DNA from: Aggregatilineales bacterium
GTDB lineage: Bacteria; Chloroflexota; Anaerolineae; Aggregatilineales; Ch27
Direction: 5' to 3'
DNA: 64,000 nt
NCBI GenBank assembly: GCA_029976025.1
Contig: JARKNX010000021.1
Location: forward strand, 19,624-83,623
Of the stretch, positions 49,332 through 58,432 are shown in pieces. A program made the position numbers and the translations under genes. Under the pieces are notes generated by a model that had not been told where the DNA came from, did not search any database, and worked only from the letters and a program-made list of their open reading frames with translations. Numbering within the stretch: the first letter of the stretch is position 1; every line of letters begins with the position of its first letter.

Positions 49332-51479
49332 ATGAGACGCACGTCCGGGCTGCTTTTGATTCTCCTGATCGCGAGCCTGCTGGCTGCCTGTACGCCGCCA
49401 GCCGGATCTCCCGCCATCCCTTCGGCGGAAATACCCGCTTCCAGCGTCCCGCCCGGCGATACGCCAGCCGCCATCGTCATCCGGCCTACGAATACCCCCG
49501 TCCCGTCAGATACGCCATCGCGCGCCGTGGTGCGCGCTATTCTCCCGCCGCCCACACGGACCCCGCCGCCCGCGCCGCCGCTGCCGGCGACGCCCCGGGC
49601 CGGGAGCGCCCTCCCCACCGCGGCGGATCTGGGCATCGTCACCCCGCCGCCTGCGCCCACGCGGATACCTCCGCCGACCCAGATACCCGTCCCGGCCCCG
49701 ATCATTCGCACGCTGGAGACCTCCAGCCAGACGGTTGATGCGCTGGCACTGGCCCTGCGGGAGGCGCTGGTCCCGCTGACGTGGGTTGTTGAGAACCGCC
49801 CGCCCGGCTCCAACCTGTTGTTTGAGCAGGTCTTCCCTGACAGCCGGGTGGCCCGTGTCGATCTGCCGCGCTGGTTTACGGAAGTTCCGTCCACCGGCCA
49901 GGGGGACGTCGCGCCGTACCTGCCCGCCGGAGACACGGCCGAGATCGTCCTGCGCGTGCGCCTGGTGGATACGGGCGGCGGCACGCTGACCTCGCGTGAG
50001 CTGCGCCTGCCGGTGGCGAACCGCCCCGGCGCTGGCTACATGGTGACTGCCCCTGCCGCCTGCTATGACCTGCCGTATCTGCCTTCGAGCGGGCTTGCTA
50101 TCGGCACACGCGGCGTGGCTGGCTCCAACCTGTACGGCCCGCTGCCCCTGACTTCGGTCGGTGGCGTCGGCGGGCGGATCGTCGGCAGCGTGGACCTGGA
50201 CGAAGGCTTCACCGTGCTGGACGGCCCGTTCTGCTTCCGCCCGCCCGGCCGGGATGCCGATTATACCGTCCGCCAGTGGAAGGTGCGCCCGGAGCGGAGC
50301 GGCGTCGAGGGCTGGGTAGTCGAATACAGCGGCACGCCCCGCCGCTACACCCAGACGATCTTCCCCGTCCGGCGCGATGTGGTTTATGACGCGGCGGCCT
50401 GCACCAGCGCACCGTTCCTGCCCGATCGCGGCATTCGCGTCGGGTACGGGGCGCGGCTATCCGCCTCCATGGTGGGGGGCATGGCCATGATGGCTGACGT
50501 GGCGACCCGCGTCTCTGCCGTGGTGGCGGGCGGCGGCCTGCAGCCGGACGAGGTCTTCACCGTGATCGAGGGACCGTTCTGTTATCGCTCTGAGCCGGCG
50601 CCCGATTCGGCGATCGGCTACCGCCAGTGGCGGGTGCGTTCCGAGCGCACCGGGCTGTCCGGCTGGGTCTTCGAGTATTCCGACCAGCGGCAGGCGTACA
50701 TCGAGCCGGCTGGGGGCGGCACGCCGATCCCCGGCGGCGGGACCGGGCTGGAAATTGCGGCCTTTGACGTGCAGCCGCGGACCGTGGCCGCCGGCGCGCC
50801 GCTGACGATTACCTGGGACGTGCGCGGCGCTAACGGGGTCGTCATCCTGATGTGGTATGCCGGCCTGGCCGATGGCAAGGTGCCCCTCAACGGCGGCGCG
50901 CTCCTGCCCAACAGCGGCAGCCTGACCGTGGCCGCGCCGTCCGGGGTGACCTCCGCCCGCTTCACCATCTTTGAGCAGCCGGAGCCGACGGCGGGCGTCA
51001 CAGTGACGATCGCCTGCGCCACATCCTGGTTCGCCGCCAGCCCGTCGCCCTTCTGCCCGTCAGAGCCGGCACGGTCAGTACAGGCGGCCTACCAGCCGTT
51101 CGAGCGCGGTTTCATGATCTGGTATGAAGGGCGGATTGGCGTGTTCACGCCGGGCGGGGCCGGCCTGGCTTTCTTCCCGGACACGTGGGCCGGCGGCGAC
51201 GTGGCTTACAGCGAGCCGCCGCCCGCCGGGCTGCTCCAGCCGGTGCGCGGCTTCGGGACGCTGTGGGTGAGCGATTCCGGCGTTCGGGAGGCGCTCGGCT
51301 GGGCGACTGCGCCGGAACAGGGCTATACGATCCGGGTGCAGGAGGCCCCGATGATGCGCCGGCCGGGGATGCACGGCGGATACGACGCCGCCGACCGCCT
51401 GATCTCCCTGCCGGATGGCCGCATCCTCAGCCTGACCGTGACCGGCGCGGGCTACTTTAGCTGGCAGCCCGCCGGTTGA
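49332..51479 (+). CDS. Multidomain lipoprotein (Pro-rich linker, two SH3-like repeats, Ig-like domain, LGFP-like C-terminus)
   Basis: Lipobox LAAC; two FTV.(D/E)GPFC..QW.VR..GWV.EY repeats; YQPFERGFMIW, PVRGFGTLW, LGWAT. Confidence 0.75.
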   Translation: MRRTSGLLLILLIASLLAACTPPAGSPAIPSAEIPASSVPPGDTPAAIVIRPTNTPVPSDTPSRAVVRAILPPPTRTPPPAPPLPATPRAGSALPTAADLGIVTPPPAPTRIPPPTQIPVPAPIIRTLETSSQTVDALALALREALVPLTWVVENRPPGSNLLFEQVFPDSRVARVDLPRWFTEVPSTGQGDVAPYLPAGDTAEIVLRVRLVDTGGGTLTSRELRLPVANRPGAGYMVTAPAACYDLPYLPSSGLAIGTRGVAGSNLYGPLPLTSVGGVGGRIVGSVDLDEGFTVLDGPFCFRPPGRDADYTVRQWKVRPERSGVEGWVVEYSGTPRRYTQTIFPVRRDVVYDAAACTSAPFLPDRGIRVGYGARLSASMVGGMAMMADVATRVSAVVAGGGLQPDEVFTVIEGPFCYRSEPAPDSAIGYRQWRVRSERTGLSGWVFEYSDQRQAYIEPAGGGTPIPGGGTGLEIAAFDVQPRTVAAGAPLTITWDVRGANGVVILMWYAGLADGKVPLNGGALLPNSGSLTVAAPSGVTSARFTIFEQPEPTAGVTVTIACATSWFAASPSPFCPSEPARSVQAAYQPFERGFMIWYEGRIGVFTPGGAGLAFFPDTWAGGDVAYSEPPPAGLLQPVRGFGTLWVSDSGVREALGWATAPEQGYTIRVQEAPMMRRPGMHGGYDAADRLISLPDGRILSLTVTGAGYFSWQPAG

Positions 51480-51627
51480 GAAGTATCAGCAGCGGGCGAG
51501 GGGCGGGAGAGCCTTCGGAATTCTCGTGCTCCCCGCTCGGCTGCCTGCCCTTCTGTCTTTTTGCGCTTGCCTCCGGCTGCGCTTCACGGTTGAATCAGGG
51601 CAGAGCGGGATACAACCGGAGGTGAGC

Positions 51628-52527
51628 ATGGTCGGTCGGCTGTGGGGCAGGCTGCGGGGCGGCGGGCGGGCGGAGCGGGCGCGGCTCCTGCTGGCGGAAG
51701 GGTTGGCCCGGCGCCGCGCCGGGGACTACGAAGCCGCTGTCCGCCTGTATGGCGAGGCGCTGGCCCATCTCGAGCCGTCCGCCGACCGCGAGCCGGCGCT
51801 GACCGCCGCGCTTTATCTGGCGCGAGGCATCGCCTGCCGCGCCGCCCGCCGCCCGGAGCAGATGCTGGCCGACTACACCGCCGCCCTCCGCTGGCTGCAC
51901 GGCACCCCCGCCGCCGGATATGACGCCTGCGCCCTGCGCGCCTGCGGGCGGATGCGAACCGGCCACCTGGCCGGCGCGGAGGCTGACTTCCTGCGCTTCT
52001 GCCGGCTGTACCGGCACGGCGCGCCCGGCCTGCTGCCCGATGCTGACTACGACCACGACCGCGCCATCGCCGACTGCTCCCGCGCCCTGGAGTGGCAGCC
52101 GGGGCTGGCTGCGGCGGCCCTGTGCCGGGCGTGGCTGCGCGCCCTGCAGGGCGATCCGGTGGGCGCGGCCCGCGACGCCGGAACCGGCCTGCACCTCCTG
52201 CCGGAAAGCGAGGACCCGGCCCTGCGCGACCAGTTTCGGGCGCTGTACGGGGCGGCTCTGGAGGCTGGTGGCGCGGCGCGGCTGAACCGGCGGGCCTGGA
52301 TGGCGCCGGGCTGGGATTACGCGGCGGTGCAGAGCGAAGGCGGCGGGGATACGCGGCTGGACTTCCGCCGGGCGGGGGGCGACGAGGCGATGCTCGACGG
52401 GCGGCCGGTCTGGGCGGTGCGGGAGGCGCTGGCCGATGAGGGCTGGGCGTATATGGCATCCGAGTACAGCCGGGCGGGCGCCGAGACGCACTACTACCGG
52501 GCAGCAGGGGAAAAAGGCCGGGAGTAG
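51628..52527 (+). CDS. Divergent TPR-like protein with small C-terminal domain
   Basis: GDYEAAVRLYGEAL, AIADCSRALEWQP; GGAGGT RBS before ATG 51628. Confidence 0.6.
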   Translation: MVGRLWGRLRGGGRAERARLLLAEGLARRRAGDYEAAVRLYGEALAHLEPSADREPALTAALYLARGIACRAARRPEQMLADYTAALRWLHGTPAAGYDACALRACGRMRTGHLAGAEADFLRFCRLYRHGAPGLLPDADYDHDRAIADCSRALEWQPGLAAAALCRAWLRALQGDPVGAARDAGTGLHLLPESEDPALRDQFRALYGAALEAGGAARLNRRAWMAPGWDYAAVQSEGGGDTRLDFRRAGGDEAMLDGRPVWAVREALADEGWAYMASEYSRAGAETHYYRAAGEKGRE

Positions 52528-52707
52528 GGGAAAGATGGGCCGGGCGCGTTTGCCAGCCGGACGATTGACGGGCGCCCGGCTCCATGCATCCGGCAGACCT
52601 CATATCGTCTTCCCCCTGAGTGTTCCGCGTCTCTGTGATTCCCGCTTTTCCATCTTTTCACCGGAGACTCATCGCCATCTCGCGTTCAGGCGCTATAATC
52701 TCCCCCC

Positions 52708-53478
52708 ATGACCGAACAAGCACCTCCCCCCCGCGTGCCCGTAGAAGAATACGGCCAGCAGTATTTTGAGAGCTACAACTACGCCGACCGTCCGCTGGGG
52801 CGATTCAGCATGTACTGGTTCGCCCGGCGCTACTATGCCGCACTGGTCAGGCGATTCGCTCCGCCCGGCCAGGACCGGGCGCTGCTGGAGCTGGGCAGCG
52901 GGCTGGGGCACCTGCTCGGCCTGCTCCAGGACGACTTCGCCTGCACCGGCCTCGACCTCGACCCCTGGACAGTGGAGCAAACCCGCCGCAACGCTCCCCG
53001 CGCGACAGCCCTGGTGCAGAACGCCGATGACCTCAGCCCCTTCGCCGCCGGGCAGTTCAGCGCCGTGGTCGCCCTGCACGTCGTCGAGCACCTGCCCGAT
53101 CCCGCCGCGACTATTGGCGAGGTCCACCGTATCCTCAGGCCGGGCGGCCTGTGGCTGTTTGCCACGCCCAACCCGGTCTACCGCCTGCGGGCGCGCAAGG
53201 ACCCGGCCACCGACGCCATCGGCAAGGACCCGACGCACATCAACTGCCAGCCTCCGGCCCGCTGGCGGGCGTGGTGTGAGGAAGCCGGCTTCGCCGTGCT
53301 GCGCCACTTCGGGGATGGCCTGTGGGATGTGCCGTACCTGCCCGTCCTCCCCGACGCGGTCCAGTTCGGCCTGTTCGGCCTGCCGGCGCTGCTGCAAGTC
53401 CTGACGCGCGGCACCTTCATCCCGCTGAGTCAGGGCGTGAACCAGATCGTGATCGCCCGTAAAGCCGACAGCGCCTGA
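52708..53478 (+). CDS. Class I SAM-dependent methyltransferase, probably leaderless
   Basis: LLELGSGLG, HVVEHLPDP, LRPGG, ATPN; TATAAT 52694-52699 lies 8 nt before the ATG. Confidence 0.9.
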   Translation: MTEQAPPPRVPVEEYGQQYFESYNYADRPLGRFSMYWFARRYYAALVRRFAPPGQDRALLELGSGLGHLLGLLQDDFACTGLDLDPWTVEQTRRNAPRATALVQNADDLSPFAAGQFSAVVALHVVEHLPDPAATIGEVHRILRPGGLWLFATPNPVYRLRARKDPATDAIGKDPTHINCQPPARWRAWCEEAGFAVLRHFGDGLWDVPYLPVLPDAVQFGLFGLPALLQVLTRGTFIPLSQGVNQIVIARKADSA

Positions 53479-53548
53479 TTGAGGTTGTCCGGGCAGTTGT
53501 TTGTTCGCCGCAGTTATTCGCATCGTGTCAGATGGGATAGGCTCCTCT

Positions 53549-54889
53549 ATGAATCGCTTCGCCAACTTTGCTATCGTCATCAACCGTGTTGTTGTCATCC
53601 TTGTCGTGCTGGCGTTCACCCTGCCCGCCGCGCTGATCCTGGCGCAGGAGGGCGAGATCGCGCTCGTCCCGTTCACCGATCAGGAGATGGGCTTCAGCGG
53701 CGTCGGGCCGGAGGGCTGGATGGTGGCCCAGCCGGGCGTCTACCGCCGCCTGAATAACGAGACGGATCTGACCGCCCTGATCGAGTCTTCGGCGCTGGGC
53801 TTCGCTCTGGAAGATATCACCGCCGGACTGCTGCAGCGGCTGGGCCAGACGGCCCTGCCGGAAGAAGCGACCGTGCTTGAGGCCAACACGCTCACCTGGA
53901 ACATCTACCGCTTCGATGTGCCGCTCCCTACCGGGGGAGCCGTCGCTATCGATCTGGCCCTGGCGGAGAGTCCTTACAGCCCCTTCATCGTCCTGCTGCA
54001 AACGCAGGCTGACGAGCATGACGCCCTGTACGACGCCCTGTTCCTGCCAGTGGTGGAGGCGCTGCAGCCGTTTTCGCTCAACTGGGCGCAGCCGGAGCCG
54101 GTCCCTTTCGCGCCGCTGATGGAGCCGGAGCGGCTTCAGCCAGAGGTGCTGAACACCCGCCCGCACGATGTCACCGCCTACACTCAGGGCTTGCTGCTCT
54201 ACGACGGATCGCTTTATGAGAGCGCCGGCCTGTACGGCGAATCCACCCTGCGCGAGGTGAACCCGGATACCGGCGAGGTGATCCGCAGCGTACCCGTGCC
54301 GGCGGAATACTTCGCCGAAGGGCTGGCCCTGGTGGGCGACCGGCTGATCCAGCTCACCTGGAAGGAGCATGAGGCGCTGGTCTACGACCTGGAGACGTTT
54401 GAGCGGGTGGATACAATCCCCTACGAGGGCGAAGGGTGGGGCCTGTGCTACGATGGCGAGGTCCTGTACATGAGCAACGGCAGCCCGTTCATCACCATTC
54501 GCGACGCGGAGACCTTCGCAGTCATCGATCGCGGCCTGGTGACCGTGGCCGGGCAGCCGGTGGACCAGTTGAATGAGCTGGAGTGTGTCGGCGATTATCT
54601 GTACGCCAACATTTACCAGGCGGATTTCATCGTCAAGATTGACAAGCACAACGGCAATGTCGTCGCCATCATTAACGCGGCTGGCCTGCTCAGCCCGGAA
54701 GAACGGGCCGCGCTGGTGGTCGGGCAGCAGGTGCTCAACGGTATTGTCTACCTGCCGGAGTCGGACACCTTCCTGATCACGGGCAAGCAGTGGCCGACGA
54801 TGTTCGAAGTCCGGTTCGTCCCCATGCCGGAGGCTACACCTGCGCCGGAGGCTACGCCCGTGCCGACGGCAGCGCCTGCCTCAAATTAG
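53549..54889 (+). CDS. Exported glutaminyl-peptide cyclotransferase with extra N-terminal domain
   Basis: PHDVTAYTQGL, LYESAGLYGES, FAEGL, QLTW, GEGWGL, LNELE, VLNGI. Confidence 0.9.
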   Translation: MNRFANFAIVINRVVVILVVLAFTLPAALILAQEGEIALVPFTDQEMGFSGVGPEGWMVAQPGVYRRLNNETDLTALIESSALGFALEDITAGLLQRLGQTALPEEATVLEANTLTWNIYRFDVPLPTGGAVAIDLALAESPYSPFIVLLQTQADEHDALYDALFLPVVEALQPFSLNWAQPEPVPFAPLMEPERLQPEVLNTRPHDVTAYTQGLLLYDGSLYESAGLYGESTLREVNPDTGEVIRSVPVPAEYFAEGLALVGDRLIQLTWKEHEALVYDLETFERVDTIPYEGEGWGLCYDGEVLYMSNGSPFITIRDAETFAVIDRGLVTVAGQPVDQLNELECVGDYLYANIYQADFIVKIDKHNGNVVAIINAAGLLSPEERAALVVGQQVLNGIVYLPESDTFLITGKQWPTMFEVRFVPMPEATPAPEATPVPTAAPASN

Positions 54890-54910
54890 GGCCTGGGTAT
54901 GTGAAGCTGT

Positions 54911-54966
54911 GGGGGTGACAGGGGGCCTGAGCTGACGAGGCAAGGGGCTTAAGCCCCCTGTCCCCC
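54911..54966. repeat. REP-like GGGGCTTAAGCCCC palindrome
   Basis: caaggggcttaagccccctgtccc; inverted copy at 56085-56110. Confidence 0.65.
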
Positions 54967-55011
54967 TGTGTTGAACATAGGGTGGTCGGGTTCTATAGAA
55001 GGGATCGCGTG

Positions 55012-55848
55012 GTGAAGCGAATTGGACTGCTGCTTGCCGCCGCAGCCGGGGCGATCGGGGCCGGCTTCTTCCTCCTGGATCGCCGCGTGCAGGTCCCGCT
55101 GGAGGGCAAGGTCGTCCTGATCAGCGGGGGGGAGTCCGGCCTGGGCGGGGCTGCCGCGCGCGCCTTCGCCGAGGCGGGCGCGCGCCCGATCCTGGCTGAC
55201 GGCCTGGATGGCGCGGCCTCTGACGCGGAGGCGCTGAGCGCGCTGACGGAGGATGTCCGCCGTCGTCACGGGCGGATCGATGTGCTGGTCAGCGCGACCG
55301 AGACGGCGCTGGGCGGGCTGTTCCAGGACGGCGATCCGGCCCGCCTGCGGGCGATGGTCGAGACCGACCTGATCGGCACGATCCATCTGGTGCGGGCCGT
55401 CGCCCCGATCATGATCGCGCAGGGCAGTGGCCATATCGTGATTGCCGCCGGGCTGGCCGGGCGGCTCCCTGCGCCGGGATACGCCGCCTGGACGGCGGTC
55501 CGGGCCGGGCTGGTCGGGTTCGCTGACGCCTTTCGCCGCGAGGTGGACGATGCCGGCCTGCGCGTCTCGCTCGTCCTGACCGGCGCGGACGGCCTGCCCC
55601 TGCCCGCCGACGGCTTCGCTGCCGCCGATGCGGACACGATAGCGGCGGCGCTGGCGATCCGCGAGGCTGTCTATGCGGGCCGGCGGGAGGTTGTCGCGGG
55701 CGGGCTGTCCTCTCGCGCTCTGGTCCTGCTGAACCGGCTGGCTCCGCCGCTGGCCGACCTGTACTGGCGCTGGCGGCTGACGCCGGAGTTCCTCCACCGG
55801 GCGGCGGAGCGCGCGCGGCAACAGGCGCGCTATACCGCTGAATTTTAA
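55012..55848 (+). CDS. Degenerate SDR-fold protein (probable pseudoenzyme)
   Basis: SGGESGLG and GRIDVLV retained; NNAG replaced by SATE and YxxxK by WTAVR. Confidence 0.75.
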   Translation: MKRIGLLLAAAAGAIGAGFFLLDRRVQVPLEGKVVLISGGESGLGGAAARAFAEAGARPILADGLDGAASDAEALSALTEDVRRRHGRIDVLVSATETALGGLFQDGDPARLRAMVETDLIGTIHLVRAVAPIMIAQGSGHIVIAAGLAGRLPAPGYAAWTAVRAGLVGFADAFRREVDDAGLRVSLVLTGADGLPLPADGFAAADADTIAAALAIREAVYAGRREVVAGGLSSRALVLLNRLAPPLADLYWRWRLTPEFLHRAAERARQQARYTAEF

Positions 55849-55869
55849 GGATTGCGCCGGACGATTATG

Positions 55870-56060
55870 TGTTATACTGTTGGCATCGTCGGGATAGCGA
55901 AAGGAGGTGATCGAGAGTATGTCAGGTCATAAGGGGGTGTCCCCGTAATTCGCCTGCGCATCATCTCCGAGCGCTGCCTTTTACGGGGGCGCTCCCACCC
56001 TGAACGACTGTGAAGCTGCAGTCGGGCGGCTGGAGGTTAACACCCTCCAGCCGTTTTTTT
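55870..56060 (+). ncRNA. Candidate small structured RNA carrying a 9-codon ORF (55919-55948, MSGHKGVSP)
   Basis: TGtTATACT, AAAGGAGGTGATC, ATG..TAA, two hairpins and a terminator. Confidence 0.5.
56026..56060 (+). terminator. Strong intrinsic terminator
   Basis: gcggctggagg/cctccagccgt stem with a run of seven Ts. Confidence 0.85.
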
Positions 56061-56084
56061 ATGCGGGCGGGCCAGCGCCAGCAA

Positions 56085-56110
56085 GGGACAGGGGGCTTAA
56101 GTCTCTTGTC
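56085..56110. repeat. REP-like palindrome (inverted copy of 54941-54964)
   Basis: gggacagggggcttaagtctcttg. Confidence 0.6.
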
Positions 56111-56222
56111 TCCGGTTATCGCGCCCGCTGTTCGCCTTCACCCGCCCCCGTCTTTTTGCATCACCGGCGCGATGCAGTATCATGGCTCCCGGCGCGGCAG
56201 CGTTACACTGTGAGGGAGAGCC

Positions 56223-57134
56223 GTGAAGGGACGAGACAGAATTCTGCTGGGCGCGGTCGGCGGCGCGCTGCTCCTGTGGCTGTGGCGGCGGCGCCAGGCT
56301 CCGCTGGACCTGGCCGATAGCGTCGTCCTCATCACTGGCGCGTCATCCGGCATCGGGCGGGCAGCGGCGCACGCCTTCGCCGCGCAGGGTGCGCGCGTTG
56401 TCCTGGTCGCCCGGCGGGAGGCCGTCCTGCGCGCGGTGCAGGAGGAGCTGGCGATCTACGCCGCGCCCACGCTGGTTGTCCCGGCGGATGTGACGCGCGA
56501 CGCCGATCTGGAGGCGCTGGTCGGGGCGGTGCTGGCGGCGTGGGGGCGGATTGATGTGCTGGTCAATAACGCCGGGCTGTCCTACGGCGGCCCGCTGGAG
56601 GAAATGGACCCGGCCCGCATCCGGGCGCTGGCCGGGGTCAACCTCTACGGCCCGCTGAACCTGACCCGGCTGGTGCTGCCGGTGATGCTGCGCCAGGGCG
56701 GCGGGCATATCGTCAATGTCAGCAGCGTAGCCGGCCTGATCGGGGCGCCGGGCATGGCGGCCTATACGGCTACGCGGCGCGGGCTGGCGCGCTTCAGCGA
56801 TGCGCTGCGGCGGGAAACCGCCGGGACCGGGGTGCATGTCTCCACCGTTTACCCGTCCTGGACGGCCACGCCGATTCTGGGTGAGCTGGATGTGCAGCAG
56901 TTATACGACAGCCGGGTCCTGAACGGCTGGGATGGGATTGACTCGCCGGATATCCCGGCTATGGCTATTGTCGATGCTGTGCGCTCCCGGCGGCGGGTGG
57001 TGATCCTGGGCGGCGGGTGGATGCGCGCCGGCGCGCTGGTGGAGCGCGTCGCGCCGGCTGCGCTCGATCTGTTCTGGCGCGCCGTTGTGGATATCCCCGC
57101 CTATCTGGCCGCGGTGCGCCGCCTGGGGGCCTGA
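56223..57134 (+). CDS. Membrane-anchored SDR oxidoreductase
   Basis: TGASSGIG, DV, NNAG, NVSS, YTATR (Lys replaced by Arg). Confidence 0.9.
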   Translation: MKGRDRILLGAVGGALLLWLWRRRQAPLDLADSVVLITGASSGIGRAAAHAFAAQGARVVLVARREAVLRAVQEELAIYAAPTLVVPADVTRDADLEALVGAVLAAWGRIDVLVNNAGLSYGGPLEEMDPARIRALAGVNLYGPLNLTRLVLPVMLRQGGGHIVNVSSVAGLIGAPGMAAYTATRRGLARFSDALRRETAGTGVHVSTVYPSWTATPILGELDVQQLYDSRVLNGWDGIDSPDIPAMAIVDAVRSRRRVVILGGGWMRAGALVERVAPAALDLFWRAVVDIPAYLAAVRRLGA

Positions 57135-57146
57135 AATCCGGGCGCG

Positions 57147-58427
57147 CTACGAGCCGGGCTCCGGCGTGGCCGTCAGCAGGCCGTCCTCAGAGCCTTCCGG
57201 CGTTTCGGTCGGGACCAGCGTCACCACGACCTGACACTGGGCCAGCGCGTCGCGGATATCCGTCTGGGTCGTCGTCGTCGTGGCCAGCGCCAGCCCTTCC
57301 AGCAGGATTTCCCGCGCCCGCGTGCAGTCCCCGATCACGATGTAGCACGTCCCCCCGTAGTAGTAGGTGAGGGCGTTGGTGGAGCCAGCGGCAATGGCCC
57401 GGTCCAGCGTCCGCGCGCACAGGTTGAACTCCCCGGCGGCCCGCTGCAGGGCGCCGAGGATGCTCAGGCAGGCGATGTTGTTCGGGGCGATGGCGATGCA
57501 CCGCTCCGCCGCTTCGCGGGCCTGATCCTGCTCGCCTACGTAAGTCAGCAGGACGCGCGACAGCGCGGCGTAGGCTTCGGCGTTCTCCGGGTTGCGATCG
57601 AGCACGTCGCGCAGGAGCCGCACGGCGGTGTCATAGTCTCCCTGCCGGATGTACAGATCGGCCAGGTTGAAGACGATGTAGCTCTGCATCGGGGCCAGCT
57701 GGCGGGCGCGCTCGTAGGCCTGCACGGCGGATTCCAGATCGCCGGTATATTCGGCCACATAGCCGTAGTTGCGCTGCACATTGTAGTCCGTCGGGTTCAG
57801 CTCCAGCGCCTGATCGGCGGCTTCCCGGGCTTCTGCCGGCTTGCCCATATCAATATACGCTTCGGCCAGGAAGGACAGCGCCACGGCGTTCTGGGGGTCC
57901 AGCTTCAGCGCCTGATACAGGCTGGGGAGCGCCTGCTCTATGTTCCCCTGCCATTCGTAGACCATCCCCTGAATAGCCCAGGCCAGCGGATCGTAGGGGT
58001 TGGCGTTCACCGCCTGCCCGGCCAGCTCAATCGCTTCGGCGCCGTGCCCCGTCGTCGTCAGGAGATGCGCCAGCCGGAAGTGCACGTCAACATCGTTAGG
58101 CAGGCCCGCCGCCGCCAGCCGGTAGTTGGCGATGGCCTCATCCATCGCGCCGCGCTCGTAGGCGGCGTCGGCGATTTCCAGATAGCTGAACGGGGATTCG
58201 GTTGGCGTGGCGGTCGGGGCGCGCAGCGTGGCGACCTGGCTTTCCGCGCTGGCAATCTGGCGGAACAGGGCGTCTTCCAGCGGCTTGCGGAACATATCCC
58301 GCTGGTCGTAGATGCCGGCCCCGATTACGACCACGATTGGCGTCAGCAGGTACAGCCACCACCAGCGCAGGTTGAACAGCCGCCGCCGCTGGCGGCCGGT
58401 ATATCGTTTGGGCGTCTTGAGATACAT
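57147..58427 (-). CDS. Single-TM TPR protein 3
   Basis: Basic N-tail, TM, PTATP linker, multiple TPRs, C-terminal Cys residues. Confidence 0.85.
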   Translation of the reverse strand: MYLKTPKRYTGRQRRRLFNLRWWWLYLLTPIVVVIGAGIYDQRDMFRKPLEDALFRQIASAESQVATLRAPTATPTESPFSYLEIADAAYERGAMDEAIANYRLAAAGLPNDVDVHFRLAHLLTTTGHGAEAIELAGQAVNANPYDPLAWAIQGMVYEWQGNIEQALPSLYQALKLDPQNAVALSFLAEAYIDMGKPAEAREAADQALELNPTDYNVQRNYGYVAEYTGDLESAVQAYERARQLAPMQSYIVFNLADLYIRQGDYDTAVRLLRDVLDRNPENAEAYAALSRVLLTYVGEQDQAREAAERCIAIAPNNIACLSILGALQRAAGEFNLCARTLDRAIAAGSTNALTYYYGGTCYIVIGDCTRAREILLEGLALATTTTTQTDIRDALAQCQVVVTLVPTETPEGSEDGLLTATPEPGS

Positions 58428-58432
58428 AGCCC

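Noticed and set aside
55900-55912. Possible 16S rRNA fragment on the minus strand
   Set aside because: The match stops after 13 nt and does not continue as 16S (would read ...GATCCAGCCGCA); better read as an SD
54911-56110. IS or MITE bounded by inverted repeats
   Set aside because: No transposase or target-site duplication seen; the ends are short self-palindromic REP-like motifs
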